DNA from: Trypanosoma brucei
Taxonomy: Eukaryota
NCBI GenBank assembly: GCA_000002445.1
Contig: CP000071.1
Coordinates: 608,001-672,000 of the forward strand
Direction: 5' to 3'
DNA length: 64,000 nucleotides
Shown: positions 19,302 to 30,308 of the stretch, piece after piece
Numbering within the stretch: the first letter of the stretch is position 1
Layout of the letters: each line of letters begins with the position of its first letter
The notes under the pieces: generated by a model
The model's database searches: none
Told to the model about the DNA's origin: nothing
The model's input: only the letters and a program-made list of their open reading frames with translations
Position numbers and translations under genes: made by a program

Positions 19302-21434
19302 ATGCTCTCGTGGAATCCCGAAAGTTATGTCTCTGAAGCCGTTTCGCGCATTCTTGCAGAGGAAGCGAAACAGGGACGAGGTGGGGCGATACCATCTTAC
19401 TATGATGCAGTCACGTCACACCTGGAGGCACACGAATTATCCAAATCAATCAAAGTTGCATTAGAGGAGCAGAGAAGGCAAAACATTGGTATTTCCTGCG
19501 ATATTGGAGGAAACGTGTTGGAAATCTTATTTAACCCTGTCGACATCGAGGACGCTGGTGTTGCAGAAGAGCGTGTTAAAAAATGCGTAGCGGATATCGG
19601 ATGTCTTTTTGGGAACGTGTCGGATGAGTTGAATTCATTAAATGGAAAGAGTGGCTTAGTCGCCGTGTCTGAGGATGTTCTTGACATATTACACCATTTG
19701 CAAAGCATGGGTTTGTTGACAAATTTTCGTTTCAATCCAGTTTCAGAGAAGTTGGGGTGCATTCTGTCAGCGACCGATAGGTCAAGTATTTTAAAATCAA
19801 TGGTTCTGTACAACTCGCAGGTGGAATGGCCAAAAGGTATGACTCTGAATTTCACTGACTACATGAAGGCATGGCTTGTTGACAGAGTTGCTGCCCGATT
19901 GGAAGTTTTAAATGAGCACCGTGGTTGTTTGATCAGACTTGAGGATTTCGCGCGTGTATTTGGTACATCACGAGGCAGTTCAGTGTGGAAGTACGGTGTG
20001 TCTGTTTCCGACCTCGACGGCGAGCAAAAGTTTATTGGTTGCTTGGAGTTGGATGCACTCCGTCCCACTGCCGCCGCACATGCTGTTGAAGACCCGTTTT
20101 TTGATCATTTGGGCATGCAGTCCTGTGTTGCGTGCTGCCGAACGACAACTACGTCGTATTGCCTGGCCAATGCTCTCTCCGTGTGCTCCCACGGAGAAAA
20201 GGCGCTATTTTTCGTGCGTGAGTGGAGGGAAGTCAACGGTCCCGAGTCGAAGGACTCGCTTTTGAGTTTCACACTTTACTTTGGGTATGGAAAGCCCATA
20301 TCTGATGAAGGGGACGTACGTATAGGGGAAAATGATGATAAGCGAATCTACCTCCATAGTGAGAAAGACCAAATTGTTCGTACTTACAAACAGATGGGAG
20401 ACGTCAAACGGTACGAATCGCATGTGGAAACCGTTATTGCAAATAGCAAAAATGCTGATTTATTTCACAACATATCGGGTTACATCGGCGAAACAACGTG
20501 TGAGAACTTGGAAAGAGCCATGTCTTTGTTTCCTCGTATGTGTGTTGTTGCCTCTTGCATTGGCAACGAGAATGCTGTTTGTGTTTCTGTTCTTAAGGCG
20601 GCTGATGTTCTGAGGGGAGACGCTACGTTCGTATTTTGTATATCACAAAGATCACCATTGTTCAACCATGTGTTCGCACCACGATCGCAGGTAACGTTGA
20701 ATTTTCTGTTCGACAATGCACAGGCGGTGTGCCAAGCTATAAATGACACGTATCCCCTATGGATCAATGAGACCGGAAATGAGCCCGTCGTCTTTGAGAG
20801 TGAATCGAGGACTTACGTTACAACAAAAGCTTTGATGGACATCTCCAAGCAGGTCGCCTTTGAAACTGCGGAGTCGTTTCTTGTTGGTGAAGAAGTGCTG
20901 GTTGTGGGCCGGTGCCTTGACAGTATCCCAAGTACAGTAGTAATAAATGTGAAAAACACACTTGTTCTGCAAGACCACGTTCCCCCACAGGAATTCTACC
21001 CCTTTCTCTTCACGATCGTTCACAAGATATATGGTACTGTTGGCTTCGTTGGGTATGGGTGCCAATTGTGTTCCCTGTCTCCTCTGACAATGTACATTTA
21101 TTCTCCAATTGAGTCATCTCAGTTTGCTTTGGACGAAGTGTATACGGGTCCAAAATGTAATTTGACTTTTCTTTCGAGTTTTGGAGCACCAATTTTTGAC
21201 GGCAAAGATTTCGAAGAACTGGGTTGTGGCATGCCAATGGCTGCCAGCAGCGTCTCCTCACTGCCTCAGCAGAACATTTATTTTCAAGTAGAGGGCATGC
21301 TGATACGCATCGTGCGAGACATCAGCGACAAATACGTTATCTGTGTGGTGGCTGCTAACGAGTGCAGGTTTAATCAGACCGATCCTTGTAAGCTGCTTGT
21401 GCGCCCGGATGATGAGCGCCTCATCCCAGCTTAA
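19302..21434 (+). CDS. Hypothetical protein, about 710 aa (ORF from 19236; likely start at Met 19302, MLSWNPESYV...)
   Basis: Long ORF of non-repetitive composition. Polypyrimidine tract plus AG at about 19200-19235 upstream of ATG 19302. The antisense ORF 19400-19855 was judged spurious. Confidence 0.55.
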   Translation: MLSWNPESYVSEAVSRILAEEAKQGRGGAIPSYYDAVTSHLEAHELSKSIKVALEEQRRQNIGISCDIGGNVLEILFNPVDIEDAGVAEERVKKCVADIGCLFGNVSDELNSLNGKSGLVAVSEDVLDILHHLQSMGLLTNFRFNPVSEKLGCILSATDRSSILKSMVLYNSQVEWPKGMTLNFTDYMKAWLVDRVAARLEVLNEHRGCLIRLEDFARVFGTSRGSSVWKYGVSVSDLDGEQKFIGCLELDALRPTAAAHAVEDPFFDHLGMQSCVACCRTTTTSYCLANALSVCSHGEKALFFVREWREVNGPESKDSLLSFTLYFGYGKPISDEGDVRIGENDDKRIYLHSEKDQIVRTYKQMGDVKRYESHVETVIANSKNADLFHNISGYIGETTCENLERAMSLFPRMCVVASCIGNENAVCVSVLKAADVLRGDATFVFCISQRSPLFNHVFAPRSQVTLNFLFDNAQAVCQAINDTYPLWINETGNEPVVFESESRTYVTTKALMDISKQVAFETAESFLVGEEVLVVGRCLDSIPSTVVINVKNTLVLQDHVPPQEFYPFLFTIVHKIYGTVGFVGYGCQLCSLSPLTMYIYSPIESSQFALDEVYTGPKCNLTFLSSFGAPIFDGKDFEELGCGMPMAASSVSSLPQQNIYFQVEGMLIRIVRDISDKYVICVVAANECRFNQTDPCKLLVRPDDERLIPA

Positions 21435-21739
21435 TATATATTGCAACTTAGGAGGGCGTTGCCCTGGGGTAAGGTGTGAGAGAATAACGGGGAGGTAATG
21501 CCTTTTGCGGTTAAAAAACCGCTTTCTTTTATACGGCGTCGTCAGCGTTGTTTTTTTTTTTTTTTAACAGAGGAAATTGTTATTATTATTTTTTTTCGAA
21601 TGTTTTCCTCCCCCTTTTTGATGTATCTGCCAAACCTCTTGCTGTTCCAGGTTGTGTTTATCATTGACGGTTGTTGTTACTATTTTTAACGTCCGATGAC
21701 AATGCCAATGCCACTTCTTCGTGCATAGTAAGGTAGAAT

Positions 21740-23044
21740 ATGGTGGTGGAGTACCTTGGTCCAGCAGACGTGCAGCGTTTGCTTGCGCTCCTTAGCGAAG
21801 GGAATTGTAAGTTTTCTTTCGTAGAGAAAGAATTTAAGGAAACGTTTTCTAAAGACACTTTCGCTAAGGTGTCAAGGGCCATACAACGAATGATTCATGA
21901 TATGATTGCCTCACCTGACGGTGTTGGACTAGTGTCATCTTTTTTCGTTCTTGATGTTATGTGCAAGATGAACTGTGAACAGGCGAAGTCAGCGTTTTAT
22001 GATGCGTTGCTAGAGTTGGAGCGAATCATGCGGCAAGACGTTTGCGTCATGGAGCAGATCAAGTATGCCTCAAAGGAAGCAAAGGAAGGAAGAAGAGCAC
22101 ACGAATCTGTTAATTCAGAGAGATACCGTCTACGTTCAGCGGTGAAGAGTTTTGCCTTTCGGTTACTTGCCAACAGGGTTGCGCCTGATGAAACACCACT
22201 CATGGCCATAAGTGACAAGCAAGAACAAATCGACACCGCCCTAAACGCATGGGAGAGCAACAGTATATGTCTCAAGGAACCCATTGCGGGTGTTGCAGAG
22301 GCGTGGACGCTAGAGGCAGAGAAAAATGCATGTGGAACCCTTTCCAGGATTTCTGCAACCCTTGATAATGGAGGACGGGCTGCGCTGGTACTGAAACCGG
22401 TAACACCCCAACTTCCTTCGTTGTCCCTGGTGTCTGGTGAGCTTCAGTTTCTGCTGCCGGCTTCTCCTCTAAACGATCTCCTTTTAATTAACAGTGAGGT
22501 TCCAACGGAGGAGTGGAAAACTGCAAAAAGAATGGTTGCCGCAGGTTGCAAGGGGCTACTTAATAAAGAGGAGCAGCAAAAATTGCTCCAAACACTTTTG
22601 GCAGGGGACGTCTTTGCGCGTGTTGGAATAAGCAGTGTGGTACTCAGTCGCATGGCCGAACACAATCCAGATGTTGCCGCCTCGCTAATACTGAAGCTTC
22701 CAGCCCAGGAGGCAAACCAATGCGTTCAGAGTATACTAAAGAGTTCTGTGCCATCGGAGCATGTAGAAACTGTCTTGTTACATGCTTCAAAAGTGCTGCA
22801 GCAAGCGAGCTTTCGTGCATACATTACCAACAAGCTTCATCATTTCAAAGAAAAGACGACACTATCCAACGAGGACAAAGATGAGGTGAAAAATTTTGTC
22901 AGGACTCTTCACCAGCTTTTAACAAAAGCGTCGAAAGAAAACAAGGAGTTATACGTTGCTGACACGCTAAAGACTGATATAACTCGACTTTGTGAGAGGT
23001 GTGATATTCCTGAAGTGGTTACGAGATGGGATGAACTAAAGTAA
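21740..23044 (+). CDS. Hypothetical conserved helical protein (434 aa)
   Basis: ORF track. Composition is mostly alpha-helical (L/A/E/K rich). A T15 polypyrimidine tract at 21551-21565 lies upstream. No confident family assignment. Confidence 0.5.
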   Translation: MVVEYLGPADVQRLLALLSEGNCKFSFVEKEFKETFSKDTFAKVSRAIQRMIHDMIASPDGVGLVSSFFVLDVMCKMNCEQAKSAFYDALLELERIMRQDVCVMEQIKYASKEAKEGRRAHESVNSERYRLRSAVKSFAFRLLANRVAPDETPLMAISDKQEQIDTALNAWESNSICLKEPIAGVAEAWTLEAEKNACGTLSRISATLDNGGRAALVLKPVTPQLPSLSLVSGELQFLLPASPLNDLLLINSEVPTEEWKTAKRMVAAGCKGLLNKEEQQKLLQTLLAGDVFARVGISSVVLSRMAEHNPDVAASLILKLPAQEANQCVQSILKSSVPSEHVETVLLHASKVLQQASFRAYITNKLHHFKEKTTLSNEDKDEVKNFVRTLHQLLTKASKENKELYVADTLKTDITRLCERCDIPEVVTRWDELK

Positions 23045-23388
23045 CGAATACTTTCTTTGGTAAACAAACGATGAGTACAGTTCGATAAGGAGGCTGAGAT
23101 GATTTCCCCCCTGTCTGTTGTCGAATGCGCAGAAGCCAAACTGTTGCTCGGTGGTGTCTCAGGCAGCAAAGAGCGTCACATCCATGTCTGTTTAATCCCT
23201 TTCTTCATTCTACTTTTGTCACTTATTCCCCTCCAGACCTTACGTCAACGTGACCGTGGATGCATATATAAATATATACATAGTTTTGAAGGGCACATAA
23301 TTACTGGGCAGTTTTGTTTGCTCGTTCTATACTTGATTGTGAGTCCTGAAGGGACACACCAACAAAAAGACTTCTATTCTGTTGTGGC

Positions 23389-24303
23389 ATGATCGGCGAG
23401 TCAGAAGCATTCGTTAGTTTCGTATATTTAACACCTGCGGAAGGCCTTCCGTGTGAAACTGTTGATCGTTACCCGCAAGCTCAACTGAAGGAAGGAAGCT
23501 CCTGCTCTGAAACGTCTGCCTTGTCTAGGAGCGACGCTTCGGCTGAAGTCACGCCCGGTAAGGAGAATTGGGAAAGCAAGGTGTACGTAAAATTTTTCGA
23601 TGCACTTCGGAAGATAGCAAAAGTGCAGTGGTTTTCCGTTGAGGCTGGTACAAAAATGATGTACTTATACGAAATGATACGCGCCTGGCTCCCAGAGGTG
23701 ACTAACGTAGTGTGTTATACAGCCCATAGTGATAACTGGGGGAGACATTTCCCCCTTATCAAAGATGTGCTGTCACCTGGGACAGACGTTCCAGAAAGGG
23801 TCTTCTGCCAAGAGGTTTTTCTTCCACCGTGCAGAGATATGTGGAACTGGGGCATAGTTAATGTTGTTGTTATGCAACCACATGGTGATTTTACAACTGG
23901 CTATGTTCCCTTGGTGGTGCATGGATTGTTCATGCGCAGTAGGGAAACATTGGAGGAACAGATCAGTCAGATGTGCTGTACTTCGTCTGCAGAGATCAGC
24001 TACATGAGGATGCTGCCCTTGCTTAATTGTTCGATTCGTGACGGACTCGTAGAACTGACATCGTTTTTTCAAGAAAATGAGGAGGTTGAAGCTCTTTCAC
24101 AAGTGGCTGTTGTTTACCCGGCGCTTACAACTGGGGATTTGGTGTGTGCTGATGTTGAAAGTCGAGTAGGGCAAAGATACACTATGCAAGGCATGATAAA
24201 GCGTTGCCATCATAAAAATGGGATTGTTTGCTACGATGTGGAGGACACTGTTCTCGGTTACGTTGCAGAGGGCCTGACATGTGTCCAAGTTTTACCGCTG
24301 TAG
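23389..24303 (+). CDS. Hypothetical protein (304 aa)
   Basis: ORF track. Co-oriented. No domain recognised. Confidence 0.45.
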   Translation: MIGESEAFVSFVYLTPAEGLPCETVDRYPQAQLKEGSSCSETSALSRSDASAEVTPGKENWESKVYVKFFDALRKIAKVQWFSVEAGTKMMYLYEMIRAWLPEVTNVVCYTAHSDNWGRHFPLIKDVLSPGTDVPERVFCQEVFLPPCRDMWNWGIVNVVVMQPHGDFTTGYVPLVVHGLFMRSRETLEEQISQMCCTSSAEISYMRMLPLLNCSIRDGLVELTSFFQENEEVEALSQVAVVYPALTTGDLVCADVESRVGQRYTMQGMIKRCHHKNGIVCYDVEDTVLGYVAEGLTCVQVLPL

Positions 24304-24486
24304 GAAAACGGCGACAGTCAGTTGTTCTGCATAAGTTGTTACGTTATTTCCTTCCTCATTCATCATTTTTACTTACCCGTGTTTGTGGAATGGCTGTCAA
24401 ACGCACATGTCTAGTGCACTCTTTGCTCGTGCATTCGGAACTCTTTTTTCATTGGTGCTTCCGTGCACTGTAGGTAGGTTGAGGAC

Positions 24487-25920
24487 ATGCAAAATAAGTC
24501 TTGGGCCCTGCCTATCAAACAAGTTCCTGTTGTGGAGAAGCTTGACCGGTCTATTGTGTGGAACAATGTTCGCTTATGCTATGAGCAAAAGCTTTTCGGT
24601 CAGATCTCGTGCATTCGGTACAACAATGCTGGGACGGTCGTTGGTTGTGCCTCTACAAACCAGCTCTCCCTTTTACGAGTACCCCAGACAGAGGGCGTGA
24701 TTACTAACGAACAGCGCGAGAGGAAATGTTTCTCGCTTCGGTTCAGGGATGACGACAAAATGACTATTATGTCTGTTGACCAACGTGTTGTTATTCGGTC
24801 AACCGAAACGCTGTTCGAACGGCAGTTTCCTGGCCATGTTAGGGAGGTACGAGACGCTCTTTTTCTTGATCGCCGCAGCTTTGTGTCTGGAAGTGATGAC
24901 ACAACTATAAAACTCTGGGATGTTATGGGCGAGTGTGAACTAGCTGTGGGAAAAGCTCACACCGACTACGTGCGTTGTCTCGAAAACCGCTCACCAGGCT
25001 GCTTCTTCAGTGGCTCTTATGACCACGTTATCAACTTGTGGGACACACGGGCTGGGTTTTCGTGCCCGACTCAGACAAGCGGCCAAGCAGTTCCGAACCC
25101 TGTCGAGTCATTACTTTGCTTGGACACCAACCTACTGGTTTGTGGCGCGTCCGACCAAATAATACTATTCGATATCCGAAAAGGTCTTTCGTTGCCTCTT
25201 ACTCAGGATTCTTACCATACAAAGACCGTGGTTGCGCTTGGCTACTCCAAAAAATACAACGTGCTTCTCAGTGGGTCACTCGATCAACGAGTGAAAATAT
25301 TTTCCCTAGAGAGAGGATGCCCGGACCCTGTTGCCAGTAAAAAGTTTGACGCTCCGGTAACCGCGGTGGCGGTTCACCCTCGTTCGTCCGAATTTGCTGT
25401 GGGCACGGCGAGCGGCGACCTTCGTATCATGAAACTGGGAAGCGCTTCTGATGGAGACGAGATGGGTGGTGGGAAAGACGAGGAAAGTAGGGGGCGCCAA
25501 AAAGATGAGGAGCTCATAGCTATGAAAGTAAATGATGTGCGTCGTCAGCTTGTATCCTATCAGTACAACCGGGCATTGAAGACTGCGCTTTACTCTCGTC
25601 ATGCCGACGTCGTGGTTTCCACTCTTGAAGAACTTCTTCGCCGCGGGGCGTTGCACGTGGCATTGAGTGGTCAAAATGATAGGACGATAGCGCGCATCCT
25701 TCGTTTTGCGCTCGGTTTTATTGACACCCCACAATTCTGTGAGTCAATGATGGTCGTGTTGGACACGATCTTCGATATCTATGGAACGTGCGTGGGCAAA
25801 AGTATATTTTTGCATAGGGAACTGATGAAGGCCCATCGCCGGCTCGGCAGTGTCCTTGCAAACCTCCAAAGAATGGCGGGCACACTGAGTATAATGGAGT
25901 TAATAGTAAATGACGTATAA
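24487..25920 (+). CDS. U3 snoRNP protein UTP15 homologue (WD40 repeats plus UTP15 C-terminal domain), SSU processome
   Basis: The N-terminal half has WD repeats (SGSDDTTIKLWDV, SGSYDHVINLWDT, SGSLDQRVKIFSL). The C-terminus LVSYQYNRALKTALYSRHADVVVSTLEELLRRGALHVALSGQNDRTIARILRFALGFIDTPQFCESMMVVLDTIFDIYG parallels the human UTP15 C-domain (KKYQYSKALDAALKTRSPEVVVAVLEELVRRRGL...ILKFLVRYVTDPRF...). Based on recollection. Confidence 0.7.
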   Translation: MQNKSWALPIKQVPVVEKLDRSIVWNNVRLCYEQKLFGQISCIRYNNAGTVVGCASTNQLSLLRVPQTEGVITNEQRERKCFSLRFRDDDKMTIMSVDQRVVIRSTETLFERQFPGHVREVRDALFLDRRSFVSGSDDTTIKLWDVMGECELAVGKAHTDYVRCLENRSPGCFFSGSYDHVINLWDTRAGFSCPTQTSGQAVPNPVESLLCLDTNLLVCGASDQIILFDIRKGLSLPLTQDSYHTKTVVALGYSKKYNVLLSGSLDQRVKIFSLERGCPDPVASKKFDAPVTAVAVHPRSSEFAVGTASGDLRIMKLGSASDGDEMGGGKDEESRGRQKDEELIAMKVNDVRRQLVSYQYNRALKTALYSRHADVVVSTLEELLRRGALHVALSGQNDRTIARILRFALGFIDTPQFCESMMVVLDTIFDIYGTCVGKSIFLHRELMKAHRRLGSVLANLQRMAGTLSIMELIVNDV

Positions 25921-26172
25921 GGAGCGTTAAACAGGAAGTAATAATCGTGGATTTGCGATGCACCTAGTTGAGTTCTACCCGTCACGCAGCCGTAAGACGT
26001 GGCGGTTCCCTAAGACTTGCTGCGAAATAGTTTTTCGCAGCCGCTTGTTTTTACTGCACCCATCAAACTGATTGCACGGTCTACTATGCTCTATTTAGGA
26101 GGACAATCAAAAACGATAAGGGGTAAAGTTACTTTAAAATAAAGACAAAGTATTGCTAAAGGGAAAAAGAAA

Positions 26173-26853
26173 ATGCTTCGCCGTTTCTCCATGTTGCCAT
26201 TATCTGGTGGCATTGCCCGCCGCTCCTTCTTCCGGACGGCACCACTGTTTAACCTCGACTATCAGGCATACCGAACAGCTACTGTACGCGAAGCAGCGCC
26301 TGAGTTCGCTGGAAAGGCTGTGGTGGACGGAAAGATCAAGGACATCAGCATGAACGACTACAAGGGAAAATATATTGTTCTCTTTTTCTACCCTCTTGAC
26401 TTCACGTTTGTCTGCCCAACGGAAATTGTTTCCTTCTCAGATTCTCACGCTGAGTTTGAAAAACTGAACACGCAAGTCATAGCCGTGTCCTGTGACAGTC
26501 ACTTTTCACATCTCGCGTGGGTTGAAACTCCCCGAAAAAAGGGGGGTCTGGGAGAAATGAAGATTCCCTTGCTATCCGACTTCACAAAGGAGATATCTCG
26601 GGACTATGGGGTGTTGGTCGAAGAACAGGGACTTTCACTGCGCGCTTTGTTCGTCATTGATGACAAAGGGATTCTTCGCCATGTGACCATCAACGATTTG
26701 CCCGTCGGTCGGAATGTTGACGAGGTGCTCCGCGTCGTGCAAGCGTTCCAATACGCCGATAAGACTGGCGACGTTATTCCTTGCAACTGGAAGCCAGGGA
26801 AGGAGACGATGAAGGTGGAAGCAGCGAAGGAATACTTTGAGAAGAATCTATAG
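26173..26853 (+). CDS. mTXNPx: Mitochondrial tryparedoxin peroxidase (typical 2-Cys peroxiredoxin with N-terminal presequence)
   Basis: Peroxiredoxin core [15 protein letters not shown] (peroxidatic Cys) and C-terminal [11 protein letters not shown] (resolving Cys in the IPC context typical of the trypanosomatid mitochondrial isoform). Basic N-terminus [22 protein letters not shown]. Confidence 0.9.
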   Translation: MLRRFSMLPLSGGIARRSFFRTAPLFNLDYQAYRTATVREAAPEFAGKAVVDGKIKDISMNDYKGKYIVLFFYPLDFTFVCPTEIVSFSDSHAEFEKLNTQVIAVSCDSHFSHLAWVETPRKKGGLGEMKIPLLSDFTKEISRDYGVLVEEQGLSLRALFVIDDKGILRHVTINDLPVGRNVDEVLRVVQAFQYADKTGDVIPCNWKPGKETMKVEAAKEYFEKNL

Positions 26854-27143
26854 GAAATAACATCTTTCTGGGGCACCGGTGTTGGGGGAACTCTTGTCTC
26901 ACACGGGCATAAACTTACACAAGATTGAATATTTCTGTGTTAACTGTATCTTGGCTTGGCTATTCAAGCCATGGGTATGTAGTTTTGTTTTTGCCCCGGT
27001 CGCGGCCACCTACTGTGCCAGCTTGCTGGTGCAGCTACGATGGGGAGGGAAAAAGGTGAAAAAAATACCCAGTGAGAGGTGACAGTTTTACAGGAGCATA
27101 ATACAACGCCCGTATATATAAATACGTTTTTTTTTTCTTTTAT

Positions 27144-27158
27144 TGTGTGTGTGTGTGT
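27144..27158. repeat. (TG)7 microsatellite preceded by T10
   Basis: ttttttttttcttttattgtgtgtgtgtgtgtt read directly. Confidence 0.8.
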
Positions 27159-27300
27159 TGAGGTGTTGCTCTGAGCTGGGAAAGTGAGATGGGGGAACAA
27201 AACCCGGAGCGGCTATGCTAAAGAGCCCGCAAAATTTTCGGAAGTGTGGTCTGTTATTTGTGTCAACGTTTGATTTTTTGTATGCGTGTAACCTCTTTCC

Positions 27301-27320
27301 CCCCGTTTTATTTTCTTCAG
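27301..27320 (+). promoter_or_regulatory. Polypyrimidine tract plus AG: probable spliced-leader acceptor for the cyclophilin gene
   Basis: ccccgttttattttcttcag lies immediately 5' of ATG 27332. The upstream in-frame Met at 27215 sits before this signal and the stretch between is F/L-rich, implying non-coding. Confidence 0.5.
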
Positions 27321-27331
27321 GTAAGGAGTCA

Positions 27332-28120
27332 ATGCCCAAGGTAAGCGTCCCACCTAAGACGGAGCGCCACGGGAAGATCGAGGCGCCAGAGACTAATAAT
27401 CCCAAAGTCTTCTTTGATGTGTCTATAAATGAGAAAGCAGCGGGACGGATTGTTATGGAATTGTACGCGGACACTGTGCCGAGGACAGCGGAGAATTTCC
27501 GTGCACTATGCACGGGCGAGAAGGGTCGTGGGAAGAGTGGAAAGCCGCTGCATTACAAGGGGTGCATTTTCCACCGAGTTATACCAGGTTTCATGCTACA
27601 AGGGGGTGACATCACACGTGGAAATGGCACCGGTGGAGAGTCCATATACGGCACAACGTTTCGTGACGAGAGTTTTGCCGGAAAAGCCGGAAAGCATACC
27701 GGACTCGGTTGCCTGTCCATGGCTAACGCGGGACCCAACACCAACGGTTCGCAGTTTTTCATCTGTACAGCCAACACACCGTGGTTGAACGGAAAGCACG
27801 TTGTGTTTGGTCGTGTTACTGAGGGAATTGACGTGGTGAAGAGCATTGAACGGTTGGGTTCCGATTCGGGGAAAACGCGCGGTCGAATCATCATCGCGAA
27901 TTGTGGTGAGCTGCAGACGCAGAAGGAAGGTGCAGCCAAAAAGGAGAAGGTTAAGGCGAAGGAAGGAAACAATGCAGGGAAGCTGTCCACCATTGTCGAA
28001 GGGACCGGTGGAGCAAAGCGTCCACGTGAAGATGTGGAGGATTTGGAAGAACGGAAGAAACGCATCCGAGAGAAGAGGGAGAGGATAGCGAAACTCCGCG
28101 CCCAGGCGGAAGAGAAATAA
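27332..28120 (+). CDS. Cyclophilin-type peptidyl-prolyl cis-trans isomerase with a C-terminal Lys/Glu-rich tail
   Basis: Classical cyclophilin blocks: [93 protein letters not shown]. The catalytic Arg/Phe/Gln/His/Trp positions are conserved. Start chosen at 27332, after the splice signal. Confidence 0.85.
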   Translation: MPKVSVPPKTERHGKIEAPETNNPKVFFDVSINEKAAGRIVMELYADTVPRTAENFRALCTGEKGRGKSGKPLHYKGCIFHRVIPGFMLQGGDITRGNGTGGESIYGTTFRDESFAGKAGKHTGLGCLSMANAGPNTNGSQFFICTANTPWLNGKHVVFGRVTEGIDVVKSIERLGSDSGKTRGRIIIANCGELQTQKEGAAKKEKVKAKEGNNAGKLSTIVEGTGGAKRPREDVEDLEERKKRIREKRERIAKLRAQAEEK

Positions 28121-28420
28121 GCGGGAAAAACCGACGTATGGTGGTGCTGTATGAAGGGCATTATCTTGAAATGAACACGCCACGGGGAGGGGGATATCAA
28201 GATCACGTTTAACACTTATTTGATTACTATTTCACCAGGCAACCTTCTTGACCCCTCCTTTTCACCTTAACAGTCTAAAGGAAAAGGATGTGGGAGGCAT
28301 CATCGCGATCGCTTTATTCCCACAGACCCTTTCCCACCTGTGACATCCATCTCTGTCTTTCCCTTTCCTCATCCGCATCATTCCTTTCTTTAGTAAATCA
28401 GATATATCATTGCTGGTCCC

Positions 28421-28981
28421 ATGCTGAGGGGAAGGTGGGGTATTTTCCAATGTACGTTGATATTCCGCGCGAGCTTTCATGATGTGAGGTCGAAGAAAAT
28501 GTGGGAGCGGCGACAAAGGGAGTTGCAAAAAGCTGGGGAGCAGATGGAATTAGATGAGGATGTGACGCCACCACCAAGTATACCGCGATCATCGAGGGTA
28601 GCAACCCGTGACGAAAGCTGTGAAGGGGATAAGGAAGCCATGTTGGCGCTTCTCCAAGAGCAATGGCAGCGCCGAGTTGCCCGCCGAGAAGCTTTTATCC
28701 AGTGGCAAGCAGGGCAGCGTGAAAAGGGTGCGGCACAGCGGCTGGTGCGCCAGGCCAAAACACAAGAGAAATTCAAGTCTCATCGTTACCACACACAAAG
28801 TGGGAGGATCATTTCTGTGGGCCTCGCCCGGGAAGACGGCACAAGTAGTAATTCTGACGCCTCTGTTGACTTGTACTCGGTGGGAATGTGCGGCTCCCAG
28901 CTGCGTTCTGCTGACTTTCTTGTCCAACCTGGTTCTCGAAACACCCATGGAACCGTCAACCTTGTTCTTCAGAAGCGGTGA
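28421..28981 (+). CDS. Hypothetical small charged protein (up to 186 aa; possible start at Met 28499, MWERRQRELQK...)
   Basis: ORF track. Gln/Arg/Glu-rich helical composition. Low confidence that it is expressed as annotated. Confidence 0.35.
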   Translation: MLRGRWGIFQCTLIFRASFHDVRSKKMWERRQRELQKAGEQMELDEDVTPPPSIPRSSRVATRDESCEGDKEAMLALLQEQWQRRVARREAFIQWQAGQREKGAAQRLVRQAKTQEKFKSHRYHTQSGRIISVGLAREDGTSSNSDASVDLYSVGMCGSQLRSADFLVQPGSRNTHGTVNLVLQKR

Positions 28982-29306
28982 GGTTGCATTTGTCAAAGGG
29001 GAGAGAAACCACGGTCTGCCCCACGCTACTTGTAGCACTTTTTTCTTCTTCCACACTTTGTTATGTCGAAAAGAAGTGGGGGAAACTACACATATGTGTG
29101 TGCTACCTGCCGGAGGCTGCGTAAAGCTACAACGATGGACTATTCTTTAGCTTTAATACCGTTCTTGTTTTCTCTTTTTTTCTCGTGGCACTTCCCCATT
29201 TTTTTGCCCCTATTTTGTGGGGGCAAAGTGATTTGGTGGCAGTTACTGTCATCGTGCTAACCACATTCTAAGCGCGACCAAAGTCAAGCTAACGTGCATA
29301 TATGGG

Positions 29307-30308
29307 TTGCACATGTTCTCCAAGTTCCTGATGAACGTTAAGGGTGTGACGCCCCGTGGGAGCGATTGGGCCAATCGACTCGGTCCTGTGGCTCTCTTTG
29401 GTTACGGGGCAGGCATGCCACGGCGGGCTCCACTCCTAGACTTTTTTCTTCAATCACCACGCGACTGTGACCATTACGCGGAGTTAACTATTCATGATAA
29501 GGGCCCAATTGAGTGCCCTCCTGAAACTGTTATGTTTATGCCCGTTTTAAATTGTGGTCAAATGTTGGATGAAGCAGCGGGAACAGAGACTCCCACAAGC
29601 GACGAGTGGTACCTGGGATCACTCGAGGCGTCAACGGAGCTGTTAGAAAAGGGCTATGTTCCGGTCAGCGTGGGCGGGGATGGCTCAGCGACGCTTTCAA
29701 TGGTTGAGGCGTACAAGCGACTGTTCCCATCTGACGACATTGTTATTGTTCACTTTTCGGCACGTCCATCTGTGAGCGACCCACGGTCGCCGCTGAGAGT
29801 GCTTTTGGATAAGGGGTTGCTAAAGGGCGTTGTTAGCGTGGGTAACCGTCAAGTGTCATCGGAGGACAGGAAGGTTCGGAAGCTTCATAAGATGTTTTAC
29901 ATGGATATGCACGCCATATACTCCAAGGGACTTTTTTGCATACGTGATATCAGGAATGACTACCCCGTTTTCATAAGCATTGATGCCAGCGTGTTAGACC
30001 CCGCGTTTGCCCCCGCCGTTGACAGCCCCGTTGCTGGAGGGCTCTCGACACGCGATTTGCTTCACATAATGAACGGCATCCGTGGACCCAAGGTGGTAGG
30101 AATTGACGTTTACGGCTACAACCCCGACCTTGATGTGTACAGGAAGGACAATGTCGGCCTTACCGCAATTGCGTTATCGAAAATAATAAAAGAGGGAATA
30201 CTTAAGGCATACAGCATATCGACTCACACGGAGGAAGAGGGGATGGAACGGGTTAAGATGCTACAGCGTCAGGGGACCGTCTCTGAAAATCCGTACCCCG
30301 ATCATTGA
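29307..30308 (+). CDS. Arginase/agmatinase-fold (ureohydrolase) protein with degenerate metal-binding motifs; likely a non-catalytic arginase-like pseudoenzyme
   Basis: 333-aa ORF alignable to the arginase family (VSVGGDGSATL ... SIDASVLDPAFAP ... GIDVYGYNPDLD). Canonical Mn ligand motifs are altered: GGDHS is GGDGS; DAHxD is IVHFSARPS; SxDxDxxDP is SIDASVLDP. Confidence 0.8.
   Translation: MHMFSKFLMNVKGVTPRGSDWANRLGPVALFGYGAGMPRRAPLLDFFLQSPRDCDHYAELTIHDKGPIECPPETVMFMPVLNCGQMLDEAAGTETPTSDEWYLGSLEASTELLEKGYVPVSVGGDGSATLSMVEAYKRLFPSDDIVIVHFSARPSVSDPRSPLRVLLDKGLLKGVVSVGNRQVSSEDRKVRKLHKMFYMDMHAIYSKGLFCIRDIRNDYPVFISIDASVLDPAFAPAVDSPVAGGLSTRDLLHIMNGIRGPKVVGIDVYGYNPDLDVYRKDNVGLTAIALSKIIKEGILKAYSISTHTEEEGMERVKMLQRQGTVSENPYPDH

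Noticed and set aside
27215-27331. N-terminal extension of the cyclophilin ORF (start at 27215)
   Set aside because: A polypyrimidine tract plus AG splice-acceptor signal lies at 27301-27320 inside it, and the extension is hydrophobic low-complexity. The start was placed at 27332.
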